A DNA stretch of 64,000 nt from Escherichia coli (GTDB lineage: Bacteria; Pseudomonadota; Gammaproteobacteria; Enterobacterales; Enterobacteriaceae). Position 1 is the stretch's first letter. The number at the start of each line of letters is the position of its first letter. A program made the position numbers and the translations under genes. Location: NCBI RefSeq assembly GCF_041886205.1, contig NZ_CP169029.1; one strand, 5' to 3'. Below are positions 31,549 through 43,723 of this stretch, in pieces. The notes under the pieces are model-generated. The model was not told where the DNA came from, did not search any database, and saw only the letters and a list, made by a program, of their open reading frames with translations.

Positions 31549-32549
31549 ACCGCCTCCCGTTGTTGACGATATTTCGCCAGCGCTGTGGCATAGCGGTTGA
31601 AATCAAGCTGATTTACCGCATCCAGTTCCGCCTTTAACGCAGGATCGATAGCGTTAACGCCATGCAACGCGCCGCAAATCGCCGTCGCCATAGCGCCGAT
31701 GGTGTCTGTGTCGCCGCCAAGGTTAGCGCACAGGACGGCGCAGCGATTCGGGTCGGTTTGTGCCAGTTCAACCAGCGCAATGGCGCACGGAACGGACTCA
31801 ATAGTGCTGGTACCTGCGCCAACGACCTGGTAAAGCTGTTCGCTGGCGGATTCGGTGCCGTCGGCATTGCGCACAATTTTCAGCGCAATCTCCAGACGTG
31901 CTGCCAGTGAGGCGCTGAAGGTAGTGATGCGTTTTTGCTGTGCATGTCGCGCAATTGAAGGCAGGGAATCAACAATCGCTGACCAGCTTTCTCCGTCAAT
32001 GGCACGAGAAATCGCCCATGCGATGACTACCGCACCTGCAACTGCCAGATCGGATTTATGGGTCGGGCTCGACGCCAGCGCCACATCATCAATAAAGGAA
32101 TCAACATCACGCGCCGGAAGCAAACAACCTAATGGCGAGACGCGCATCGCTGCGCCGTTGGTCACGCCGTTGTTTTCCAGTTCAGCAACGGGTTTACCGT
32201 CGCGAATGGCGTTAAGCGCAATCTTCGAGGTCGGACCTAGTACGTTTTTGTTAAAGGCGTCGAAACGCAGCGCCCAGTCGAGAATATTACGCCCAATCAG
32301 ATCCGGATCGATCTTGCCTTCACGTTCCAGTAACGCATCCGCCAGACACAGCGCCATCGAGGTATCGTCGGTGAATTCGGCGCGGTTAAAATAACAGGCC
32401 GCGTTATTCTCCTTTGGTCCAGGAAGAAAACGGTCAATCCAGCCAAAGTGTGCTTTAACGCGGCTGCGTGGCCAAAGCTCGGAGGGCATCCCCATCGCAT
32501 CCCCTAACGCCTGCCCATAAAGAGCACCGAGAATACGTTCTGTTTTCAT
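31545..32549 (-). CDS. yegU: ADP-ribosylglycohydrolase family protein
   Basis: 334 aa, MKTERILGALYGQALGDAMGMPSE (ARH/DraG-type N-terminus); stop overlaps the yegV start. Confidence 0.85.
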   Translation of the reverse strand: MKTERILGALYGQALGDAMGMPSELWPRSRVKAHFGWIDRFLPGPKENNAACYFNRAEFTDDTSMALCLADALLEREGKIDPDLIGRNILDWALRFDAFNKNVLGPTSKIALNAIRDGKPVAELENNGVTNGAAMRVSPLGCLLPARDVDSFIDDVALASSPTHKSDLAVAGAVVIAWAISRAIDGESWSAIVDSLPSIARHAQQKRITTFSASLAARLEIALKIVRNADGTESASEQLYQVVGAGTSTIESVPCAIALVELAQTDPNRCAVLCANLGGDTDTIGAMATAICGALHGVNAIDPALKAELDAVNQLDFNRYATALAKYRQQREAV

Positions 32550-33823
32550 TTAACTTCCCCTTGTGTCAACGCAATATCGCGATCATCGACCTTGATAGCC
32601 GTAATTTCGTTGTCGGATTCGCGGAAAAAAATCATGAACAGCACGGCGATAATGGCAATCATCACCGCGCCGAAAGTCCACATCCCGGACCAGTTGAAAG
32701 TCAGCCCGTTTACCGGTTCCGGATAAGCGAACATCTTTTCCATCATCACACCGCCAAGACGATAGCCGAGCAAACTGCCGAAGCCCTGGCAGCAGAGCGT
32801 GATCAGCCCCTGCGCGGCGGTACGCATATGCACGGGGGCTTTTTTATCGACATAGATGTAAGCGGTAACGTAGTAAAAATCGTAACTTACGCCGTGAAGC
32901 AAAATACCGAGGAACAGTAACGCGTAAGTGAAATATTCATCCGCACTACCGTAAATAAAGAAGCCATAGCGGATCGCAGCGGTGACCAGACCAAGCAATA
33001 ATACCTTTTTGATACCAAAGCGTTTAGTGAAAAACGGCAATGCCAGCATAAAGAAGATTTCAGAGAACTGGCCGAGCGTCATCCAGCCGGTGGCGTTTTT
33101 CATGCCAACTTCGGTCAGATAACCGTTGGCAAAGATGTAATAGAACGCCAGTGGCATCGCAAACAGGAATGAACAGAAGAAAAAGACGAGGAAGTTTTTA
33201 TCGCGCAGCAGGATCAGCGCATCCAGGCCGAGCATGACTTTAATGTCCATTTTGCCGGTGCTTTTTGGCGGCGTGTCGGGCAGGAAAAACGCAAACACAC
33301 CGAGCAGAGCAGAACTTCCGGCGGTAATCAGCAGCGGGATGTTAGTCGGTGAGATATCGGCATACCCCAGCATTTGCGGCAAGAAACCACATGCCAGACC
33401 AGAGGCAATCCAGCCGATAGTGCCCATCACACGAATGCGCGGGAAATCACGCTCCACATCCGGCACGTTGGCAAAAGCGATACTGTTAGTCAGCGCAATG
33501 GTCGGCATATAGGTTAGCGAGTAGGCCAGCAGTAACGGGAAGAACCCGGCAAAAGTGGTCTGTTGCGCAGCGAAATACATCAGCAGCGCGCCTGCGAACA
33601 TCAATACCGCCAGCACTTTTTGCGCCGAGAAAAAGCGGTCAGTGATGGAGCCAACCAGAATTGGCGACAGGATCGCCGCAATGGCTGTGCAGGCATACGA
33701 CCAGCCAATTTCTCCGGCACTAAAACCGCTTTTACTTAACCACAACCACAATGGCACAAACCACGCGCCCCAGATAAACCATTCAACAAACATCATGAAC
33801 GACAGCTTTGCTGTTGTTTTCAT
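32546..33823 (-). CDS. yegT: Nucleoside:H+ symporter (NHS family MFS transporter)
   Basis: 425-aa polytopic membrane protein; stop overlaps the yegU start. Confidence 0.85.
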   Translation of the reverse strand: MKTTAKLSFMMFVEWFIWGAWFVPLWLWLSKSGFSAGEIGWSYACTAIAAILSPILVGSITDRFFSAQKVLAVLMFAGALLMYFAAQQTTFAGFFPLLLAYSLTYMPTIALTNSIAFANVPDVERDFPRIRVMGTIGWIASGLACGFLPQMLGYADISPTNIPLLITAGSSALLGVFAFFLPDTPPKSTGKMDIKVMLGLDALILLRDKNFLVFFFCSFLFAMPLAFYYIFANGYLTEVGMKNATGWMTLGQFSEIFFMLALPFFTKRFGIKKVLLLGLVTAAIRYGFFIYGSADEYFTYALLFLGILLHGVSYDFYYVTAYIYVDKKAPVHMRTAAQGLITLCCQGFGSLLGYRLGGVMMEKMFAYPEPVNGLTFNWSGMWTFGAVMIAIIAVLFMIFFRESDNEITAIKVDDRDIALTQGEVK

Positions 33824-34079
33824 CTTTTAATTCCTTCATGACAGGTAATGTAAGGTACGCGATGACAATACCACTTAATAATACCTTTTAAATACCTTTG
33901 CGGTGAAAACTTGACCGCGCTAACATTTTTTCTGATGAATCGAGCCAACAGAAAACGCTGAAAAAACATCCAAAAGATGGAAAAACTCGCCCGTAACGAC
34001 CAGGATTATGATTGCCCGCAAAAGGCGGGCCAGGAAAATCCATAGCCGATATCCAATCGGAATTTACGGGAGCATAGTA

Positions 34080-35132
34080 ATGACAGATATTGCGCAGTTG
34101 CTTGGCAAAGACGCCGACAACCTTTTACAGCACCGTTGTATGACTATTCCTTCTGACCAGCTTTATCTCCCCGGACATGACTACGTAGACCGCGTGATGA
34201 TTGACAATAATCGCCCGCCTGCGGTGTTACGTAATATGCAGACGTTGTACAACACCGGGCGTCTGGCTGGCACAGGATATCTTTCTATTCTGCCGGTTGA
34301 CCAGGGCGTTGAGCACTCTGCCGGAGCTTCATTTGCCGCTAACCCGCTCTATTTTGACCCGAAAAACATTGTTGAACTGGCGATCGAAGCGGGCTGTAAC
34401 TGTGTGGCGTCAACTTACGGCGTGCTGGCGTCGGTATCGCGGCGTTATGCGCATCGCATTCCATTCCTCGTCAAACTTAATCACAACGAGACGCTAAGTT
34501 ACCCGAATACCTACGATCAAACGCTGTATGCCAGCGTGGAGCAGGCGTTCAACATGGGCGCGGTTGCGGTTGGTGCGACTATCTATTTTGGCTCGGAAGA
34601 GTCACGTCGCCAGATTGAAGAAATTTCTGCGGCTTTTGAACGTGCGCACGAGCTGGGTATGGTGACAGTGCTGTGGGCCTATTTGCGTAACTCCGCCTTT
34701 AAGAAAGATGGCGTTGATTACCATGTTTCCGCCGACCTGACCGGTCAGGCAAACCATCTGGCGGCAACCATCGGTGCAGATATCGTCAAACAAAAAATGG
34801 CGGAAAATAACGGCGGCTATAAAGCAATTAATTACGGTTACACCGACGATCGTGTTTACAGCAAATTGACCAGCGAAAACCCGATTGATCTGGTGCGTTA
34901 TCAGTTAGCTAACTGCTATATGGGTCGGGCTGGGTTGATAAACTCCGGCGGTGCTGCGGGCGGTGAAACTGACCTCAGCGATGCAGTGCGTACTGCGGTT
35001 ATCAACAAACGCGCTGGCGGAATGGGGCTGATTCTTGGACGTAAGGCGTTCAAGAAATCGATGGCTGACGGCGTGAAACTGATTAATGCCGTGCAGGACG
35101 TTTATCTCGATAGCAAAATTACTATTGCCTGA
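34080..35132 (+). CDS. fbaB: Fructose-bisphosphate aldolase, class I
   Basis: Start [32 protein letters not shown]; about 350 aa. Confidence 0.95.
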
Positions 35133-35154
35133 TACGCCTCATACGAACAGCACC

Positions 35155-35275
35155 ACCCCGTAGGACGGATAAGGCGTTTACACTGCATCCGGCAACCTAT
35201 GCCTGATGCGACGCGGAAGCGTCTTATCATGCCTACATAGCACTGCCACGTATGTTTACACCGCATCCGGCATAA
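35155..35275. repeat. Cluster of REP (BIME-type) palindromic elements
   Basis: Repeated gccggatgcggtgtaaacgccttatccg and gcctgatgcgacgc...gcgtcttatcatgcctac type palindromes. Confidence 0.65.
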
Positions 35276-35294
35276 AAACACGCGCACTTTGCTA

Positions 35295-35324
35295 CGGCTT
35301 CCCTATCGGGAGGCCGTTTTTTTT
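35295..35324 (+). terminator. Rho-independent terminator (fbaB / upstream of gatY)
   Basis: Hairpin cggcttccc tatc gggaggccg followed by a run of eight T. Confidence 0.7.
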
Positions 35325-35386
35325 GCCTTTTACTCCTCGAACAATTTTCACATTGTCGTTTTTGTGATCGTTATCTCGACATTTAA

Positions 35387-36311
<925 letters not shown>

Positions 36312-36312
36312 T

Positions 36313-37586
<1,274 letters not shown>

Positions 37587-37595
37587 GGACGGTAT

Positions 37596-38048
37596 ATGAC
37601 TAACCTGTTTGTTCGTAGCGGAATTTCTTTTGTCGATCGTAGCGAAGTTTTAACCCATATCGGTAATGAGATGCTCGCGAAAGGTGTGGTTTATGATACC
37701 TGGCCACAGGCATTAATTGCCAGAGAAGCAGAATTCCCTACCGGGATAATGCTTGAGCAGCACGCCATTGCTATACCGCATTGTGAGGCGATTCATGCTA
37801 AGTCGTCAGCCATTTATCTGTTAAGGCCAACAAATAAAGTTCATTTTCAGCAAGCGGATGATGATAACGACGTGGAGGTGTCGTTGGTTATTGCGTTGAT
37901 TGTGGAAAATCCGCAGCAGCAATTGAAACTTTTACGCTGTTTATTTGGCAAGTTACAACAGCCCGATATCGTCGAGACACTAATCACTCTTCCTGAAACC
38001 CAGTTAAAGGAATACTTCACAAAGTATGTTTTAGATTCAGACGAATAA
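37596..38048 (+). CDS. gatA: Galactitol PTS enzyme IIA
   Basis: 150-aa ORF in the conserved gat operon order. Confidence 0.95.
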   Translation: MTNLFVRSGISFVDRSEVLTHIGNEMLAKGVVYDTWPQALIAREAEFPTGIMLEQHAIAIPHCEAIHAKSSAIYLLRPTNKVHFQQADDDNDVEVSLVIALIVENPQQQLKLLRCLFGKLQQPDIVETLITLPETQLKEYFTKYVLDSDE

Positions 38049-38078
38049 ATCCCTCTGTAACAATAAAAAGGACTATTT

Positions 38079-38363
38079 ATGAAACGCAAGATTATTGTCG
38101 CTTGCGGAGGCGCGGTTGCGACCTCTACGATGGCGGCGGAAGAAATTAAAGAGTTGTGTCAGAATCATAATATTCCTGTTGAATTAATCCAGTGTCGGGT
38201 TAATGAAATAGAAACCTATATGGATGGTGTGCATTTGATATGCACCACTGCCAAAGTGGATCGTAGTTTTGGCGATATTCCGTTAGTTCACGGCATGCCT
38301 TTTATTTCTGGTATCGGTATCGAAGCATTACAAAATAAAATTCTGACTATCTTACAGGGGTGA
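38079..38363 (+). CDS. gatB: Galactitol PTS enzyme IIB
   Basis: 94-aa [27 protein letters not shown]. Confidence 0.95.
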   Translation: MKRKIIVACGGAVATSTMAAEEIKELCQNHNIPVELIQCRVNEIETYMDGVHLICTTAKVDRSFGDIPLVHGMPFISGIGIEALQNKILTILQG

Positions 38364-38366
38364 CCT

Positions 38367-39722
38367 ATGTTTTCAGAAGTCATGCGTTATATTCTCGACC
38401 TCGGCCCTACGGTGATGCTGCCGATTGTCATCATTATTTTTTCTAAAATATTAGGCATGAAGGCAGGCGATTGCTTTAAAGCGGGTCTGCATATCGGGAT
38501 TGGCTTTGTTGGCATTGGCCTTGTGATTGGCTTAATGCTGGATTCCATTGGCCCGGCGGCGAAAGCGATGGCGGAAAATTTCGACCTGAATCTGCATGTG
38601 GTCGATGTTGGCTGGCCGGGCTCTTCACCAATGACCTGGGCGTCGCAAATTGCGCTGGTGGCGATTCCGATTGCGATTCTGGTTAACGTGGCGATGTTAC
38701 TGACCCGTATGACGCGGGTGGTAAATGTTGATATCTGGAATATCTGGCATATGACCTTCACCGGCGCGTTGCTGCATCTGGCAACTGGTTCATGGATGAT
38801 AGGGATGGCAGGTGTGGTAATTCACGCGGCGTTTGTTTATAAGCTCGGCGACTGGTTTGCCCGCGATACCCGAAATTTCTTTGAGCTGGAAGGTATTGCT
38901 ATTCCGCACGGTACGTCGGCGTATATGGGGCCGATTGCGGTGCTGGTCGATGCTATCATCGAGAAAATCCCAGGCGTTAACCGAATTAAATTTAGCGCCG
39001 ACGATATTCAGCGCAAATTTGGTCCATTTGGCGAGCCTGTCACCGTGGGTTTTGTGATGGGGCTGATTATCGGCATCCTCGCGGGTTACGATGTCAAAGG
39101 TGTATTGCAGCTGGCGGTAAAAACGGCGGCAGTGATGCTGCTAATGCCACGGGTGATTAAACCCATCATGGATGGTTTAACGCCCATCGCTAAGCAGGCT
39201 CGTAGTCGTTTACAGGCGAAGTTCGGCGGTCAGGAGTTCCTGATTGGCCTTGATCCGGCGTTGCTGCTGGGACATACGGCGGTGGTATCGGCAAGCCTGA
39301 TTTTTATCCCACTCACCATTTTAATTGCTGTTTGTGTGCCGGGTAATCAGGTGCTGCCGTTTGGCGATCTTGCCACCATCGGCTTCTTCGTGGCGATGGC
39401 GGTCGCCGTGCATCGTGGAAATCTGTTCCGCACCTTAATCTCGGGTGTCATCATTATGAGCATCACCCTGTGGATCGCGACGCAAACTATTGGTTTGCAC
39501 ACCCAACTGGCGGCTAATGCTGGGGCGTTAAAAGCCGGGGGTATGGTGGCTTCAATGGATCAGGGCGGTTCTCCCATTACCTGGTTACTGATTCAGGTTT
39601 TCTCCCCGCAAAATATTCCCGGTTTCATTATTATCGGTGCAATTTATCTGACCGGTATTTTCATGACCTGGCGTAGAGCGCGTGGCTTTATTAAACAAGA
39701 GAAAGTCGTTCTCGCAGAATAA
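38367..39722 (+). CDS. gatC: Galactitol PTS enzyme IIC
   Basis: 451-aa polytopic membrane protein. Confidence 0.95.
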   Translation: MFSEVMRYILDLGPTVMLPIVIIIFSKILGMKAGDCFKAGLHIGIGFVGIGLVIGLMLDSIGPAAKAMAENFDLNLHVVDVGWPGSSPMTWASQIALVAIPIAILVNVAMLLTRMTRVVNVDIWNIWHMTFTGALLHLATGSWMIGMAGVVIHAAFVYKLGDWFARDTRNFFELEGIAIPHGTSAYMGPIAVLVDAIIEKIPGVNRIKFSADDIQRKFGPFGEPVTVGFVMGLIIGILAGYDVKGVLQLAVKTAAVMLLMPRVIKPIMDGLTPIAKQARSRLQAKFGGQEFLIGLDPALLLGHTAVVSASLIFIPLTILIAVCVPGNQVLPFGDLATIGFFVAMAVAVHRGNLFRTLISGVIIMSITLWIATQTIGLHTQLAANAGALKAGGMVASMDQGGSPITWLLIQVFSPQNIPGFIIIGAIYLTGIFMTWRRARGFIKQEKVVLAE

Positions 39723-39769
39723 TTTTTACCTGAGGGGGAGGTTATCCCCCTTAACAATCAGGAGTTTTT

Positions 39770-40810
39770 ATGAAATCAGTGGTGAATGATACTGATGGTA
39801 TCGTGCGTGTTGCAGAAAGCGTCATTCCTGAAATTAAACATCAGGATGAGGTGCGGGTAAAAATTGCCAGCTCGGGCTTATGTGGTTCCGATTTACCCAG
39901 GATATTTAAAAATGGTGCACATTATTATCCAATAACGTTAGGCCATGAATTTAGCGGCTATATTGATGCGGTGGGATCCGGTGTTGATGATTTACACCCT
40001 GGCGATGCGGTTGCCTGTGTGCCGTTATTACCCTGTTTTACTTGTCCAGAGTGTCTGAAAGGGTTTTATTCCCAGTGCGCAAAATATGATTTTATTGGCT
40101 CGCGGCGTGATGGTGGATTTGCTGAATATATTGTCGTTAAGCGAAAAAATGTCTTTGCTCTACCCACGGATATGCCTATTGAGGATGGGGCTTTTATTGA
40201 GCCGATTACCGTTGGTCTGCATGCTTTTCATTTAGCGCAAGGTTGTGAGAATAAAAACGTTATTATTATTGGTGCCGGAACCATTGGCCTGCTGGCCATT
40301 CAGTGCGCTGTCGCGCTGGGAGCAAAGAGTGTGACGGCGATCGACATTAGTTCAGAAAAACTGGCACTGGCAAAATCTTTCGGTGCGATGCAAACATTTA
40401 ACAGTAGCGAAATGAGCGCGCCGCAAATGCAGAGCGTTTTACGCGAACTGCGCTTTAATCAGCTTATCCTCGAGACGGCTGGCGTACCGCAAACTGTCGA
40501 ACTGGCGGTAGAGATTGCCGGTCCTCATGCCCAACTGGCGCTGGTGGGCACGTTGCATCAGGATCTGCATTTAACATCGGCAACGTTTGGCAAAATATTG
40601 CGTAAAGAGCTGACGGTTATCGGCAGTTGGATGAACTACTCCAGCCCTTGGCCGGGGCAGGAGTGGGAAACGGCGAGCCGGTTGCTGACAGAACGTAAGT
40701 TAAGCCTGGAGCCATTAATCGCTCACCGTGGAAGCTTTGAAAGCTTCGCCCAGGCGGTGCGTGACATCGCTCGTAATGCTATGCCGGGCAAAGTGTTGCT
40801 CATTCCCTGA
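39770..40810 (+). CDS. gatD: Galactitol-1-phosphate 5-dehydrogenase (Zn-dependent MDR family)
   Basis: 346 aa with Zn-ADH motifs (GHEFSG, GAGTIGL). Confidence 0.95.
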   Translation: MKSVVNDTDGIVRVAESVIPEIKHQDEVRVKIASSGLCGSDLPRIFKNGAHYYPITLGHEFSGYIDAVGSGVDDLHPGDAVACVPLLPCFTCPECLKGFYSQCAKYDFIGSRRDGGFAEYIVVKRKNVFALPTDMPIEDGAFIEPITVGLHAFHLAQGCENKNVIIIGAGTIGLLAIQCAVALGAKSVTAIDISSEKLALAKSFGAMQTFNSSEMSAPQMQSVLRELRFNQLILETAGVPQTVELAVEIAGPHAQLALVGTLHQDLHLTSATFGKILRKELTVIGSWMNYSSPWPGQEWETASRLLTERKLSLEPLIAHRGSFESFAQAVRDIARNAMPGKVLLIP

Positions 40811-40909
40811 AACCGCGGGCCAGCGTGATGCTGGCCCGGTATTGTGCAAAACAGATCATTCACCAATGGTCCCCCTTCGTTTACACTAGCCACAATTGAA
40901 TATGGGTAA

Positions 40910-41689
40910 ATGACGATGAATTCATTCGAGCGAAGGAATAAGATCATCCAATTAGTGAATGAACAGGGAACCGTGCTTGTTCAGGATCTGGCGGGAGTAT
41001 TTGCTGCCTCGGAAGCGACAATCCGTGCCGATTTGCGCTTTCTCGAACAAAAAGGCGTGGTTACGCGCTTTCATGGCGGTGCGGCGAAAATAATGTCTGG
41101 TAATAGTGAAACCGAGACCCAGGAAGTCGGGTTTAAAGAGCGATTTCAGCTCGCCAGCGCGCCAAAAAACAGAATAGCGCAGGCGGCAGTCAAAATGATC
41201 CACGAAGGGATGACCGTTATTCTCGACAGCGGAAGTACGACAATGCTTATCGCCGAAGGATTAATGACCGCCAAAAATATCACGGTGATTACCAACAGTC
41301 TCCCGGCAGCGTTTGCCCTTTCCGAAAATAAAGACATTACTCTGGTCGTCTGTGGTGGCACGGTCCGCCATAAAACGCGCTCGATGCATGGTTCCATTGC
41401 CGAGCGTTCATTACAGGATATTAATGCCGATTTAATGTTTGTCGGTGCTGATGGTATTGATGCGGTTAATGGTATTACGACCTTTAATGAAGGTTATTCT
41501 ATTAGCGGTGCGATGGTCACAGCCGCTAATAAAGTGATTGCCGTTCTCGATTCATCGAAATTTAACCGTCGCGGTTTTAATCAGGTACTACCAATCGAAA
41601 AAATTGACATTATTATTACCGATGATGCTGTGTCAGAGGTGGATAAACTGGCATTGCAGAAGACGCGGGTAAAATTAATTACGGTGTAG
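40910..41689 (+). CDS. gatR: DeoR-family repressor of the gat operon, intact
   Basis: 259-aa uninterrupted ORF with an N-terminal HTH region. To my recollection it is IS-disrupted in K-12 but not here. Confidence 0.85.
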   Translation: MTMNSFERRNKIIQLVNEQGTVLVQDLAGVFAASEATIRADLRFLEQKGVVTRFHGGAAKIMSGNSETETQEVGFKERFQLASAPKNRIAQAAVKMIHEGMTVILDSGSTTMLIAEGLMTAKNITVITNSLPAAFALSENKDITLVVCGGTVRHKTRSMHGSIAERSLQDINADLMFVGADGIDAVNGITTFNEGYSISGAMVTAANKVIAVLDSSKFNRRGFNQVLPIEKIDIIITDDAVSEVDKLALQKTRVKLITV

Positions 41690-41700
41690 TATTGTTCTGT

Positions 41701-41734
41701 ATGCCGGATAAGGTGTTTACACCGCATCCGGCAT
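41701..41734. repeat. REP element
   Basis: atgccggataaggtgtttacaccgcatccggcat palindrome after gatR. Confidence 0.65.
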
Positions 41735-41770
41735 TACGGATTCTCCCTGGTTCAAGAGAGAATAGTTTGA

Positions 41771-42670
41771 TTAACGCAACAGTGGACAATCTGGTGGTAA
41801 TCGACAACGCAACGCTGCCGGAAGTATTTCAATATGAAAATTTTGCCCACTCAACGGTTCGCCATCAAGATTAAAGGTGATGTCGTGTGGTGCCTGAATA
41901 TCAAACCACGACGAAGCGCCTTCGATAATATTCGGGTTATCTTCGTCAGATTTTAAGGTTGATACGAGAGCCGGAAGTATTTCATCGCCGGTAAAAATGC
42001 GCAGTTGCAGCAAGCCATCGTTAATTAACGCGTTCGGACACAATTGCTGACCGCCACCGGCCTGACGCCCGTTACCAATACCAATGACCAGGGCGTCACC
42101 TTGCCAGTGAAAGTTTTCACCGCGGATTTCACAACGGTCCGGTTGCAGAGTATCCATACGCATTAAGCCATGAATGATGTAAGAGACGCTACCCAGCGCG
42201 GCTTTTAATTTTTCCGGCGTTTCTGTGGTAATACGCGTCCCAAATCCGCCTGTCGCCATATTAATAAAACAGGTTTGTTTGTTGACCTGCGCCATATCTA
42301 TCGCAATGGCGTCACCGGCAATTGCCAGTTTCAGCGCCTTATCCAGTGCCTCAGGAATCCCTACACTGGTGGCAAAATCATTGGCGGTTCCTAATGGCAA
42401 AATTCCCAGCGCGGGTATGTCATCCCCCTCACACTGAATCAACGCCGTAGAAACTTCATTAATGGTGCCATCGCCACCACCGGCAATCACCGTTGCGACG
42501 CCCAACTTCCGGGCCTCCTCTACATATCGTGCGGCATCGCCTTTCTCCCAGGTGACCCGCACATGGATCGTCATTCCTTCCTCACGCAACAGCATAATTG
42601 CTTCGCGCAAGGGTAGATTGTCAGTACTTTTGCCATTAAGAATCAGTAAGCTGGCGGGAAATTCTGCCAT
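41771..42670 (-). CDS. yegS: Lipid kinase YegS (diacylglycerol kinase catalytic domain family)
   Basis: 299-aa ORF with the GGDGT motif. Confidence 0.9.
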   Translation of the reverse strand: MAEFPASLLILNGKSTDNLPLREAIMLLREEGMTIHVRVTWEKGDAARYVEEARKLGVATVIAGGGDGTINEVSTALIQCEGDDIPALGILPLGTANDFATSVGIPEALDKALKLAIAGDAIAIDMAQVNKQTCFINMATGGFGTRITTETPEKLKAALGSVSYIIHGLMRMDTLQPDRCEIRGENFHWQGDALVIGIGNGRQAGGGQQLCPNALINDGLLQLRIFTGDEILPALVSTLKSDEDNPNIIEGASSWFDIQAPHDITFNLDGEPLSGQNFHIEILPAALRCRLPPDCPLLR

Positions 42671-43075
42671 GATCGTATGTGCCTTTATGATTGGTCTGTA
42701 GATAGTGTAGAGCAGAAAACAAAAGGTGGAGTCAGAACAGGATGAAAGTCGGAGGATAAAAAGTCAGTTCAAGTATGGAGGATTCAGTGGTTACCACCAG
42801 GAGCTTGCAATGGGGACAGCGAATACTAACGGCTGCCACCGATAAATTTCAAAAAAGAGCATATACCTAATATTCAACTAAACAGTGGCATCTTCAATAT
42901 AATATATTAAAGCCCCCATGGAGTTACCCTGAAGGGCCTCAATGTCCGTAATTCCTACTTATGTAGGAAATGTTGTACAGAACATTTATTATAATCCTAT
43001 TCAATTATAATAATCATGCCATTATTATATTTAAACACTAGAGAGTGTCGTTGGTATTTAATGGGGGAAGGTGAG

Positions 43076-43393
43076 ATGAAAAAGATAGCTGCTATATCAT
43101 TAATTAGTATTTTTATTATGTCTGGTTGTGCTGTGCATAATGATGAGACAAGTATCGGTAAATTTGGTCTTGCATATAAAAGTAATATTCAGCGTAAACT
43201 CGATAACCAATACTACACCGAAGCCGAAGCTTCTTTAGCCAGGGGTAGAATATCTGGTGCAGAAAATATAGTAAAAAATGATGCAACTCATTTCTGTGTT
43301 ACTCAGGGCAAAAAAATGCAAATAGTTGAGCTGAAGACAGAAGGTGTAGGATTACATGGTGTCGCTCGTCTGACATTCAAATGTGGAGAGTGA
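43076..43393 (+). CDS. yegR: Small predicted lipoprotein YegR
   Basis: MKKIAAISLISIFIMSGCAV (lipobox); AT-rich gene; about 105 aa. Confidence 0.8.
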   Translation: MKKIAAISLISIFIMSGCAVHNDETSIGKFGLAYKSNIQRKLDNQYYTEAEASLARGRISGAENIVKNDATHFCVTQGKKMQIVELKTEGVGLHGVARLTFKCGE

Positions 43394-43552
43394 GAATATT
43401 TTTTGGTAAGCGTCAAATATGCGCGTTCTGGCTGTGCGTAGCCGGAACCTGTGGGAGCACGATGCCGATAAGTGAAAGGCATCGTGCTATGAAGGAGGAT
43501 TCTATCGATGTGGTCAATGGAAGACGGTTACCAGAGATAGGGCTTATGCATA

Positions 43553-43639
43553 AAAAAATAAGCCCGTGTAAGGGAGATTACACAGGCTAAGGAGGTGGTT
43601 CCTGGTACAGCTAGCATTTTATGGGTTATGTTTTTCAGC
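43553..43639 (-). ncRNA. cyaR: CyaR (RyeE) Hfq-dependent sRNA
   Basis: Minus-strand sequence GCTGAAAAACATAACCCATAAAATGCTAGCTGTACCAGGAACCACCTCCTTAGCCTGTGTAATCTCCCTTACACGGGCTTATTTTTT, recognised from memory, including the terminator hairpin. Confidence 0.85.
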
Positions 43640-43723
43640 GAAACGGATGATAACCTTAATAAATGCAGCTGTATGTGATCGGTTTCTAAGAATTTTCCAT
43701 CCGGGAAAAATAATCGAAATTAA

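Noticed and set aside
34008-34079. Longer fbaB start at 34008
   Set aside because: The first 24 codons lack conservation. [16 protein letters not shown] at 34080 matches the N-terminus I recall for class I FbaB.
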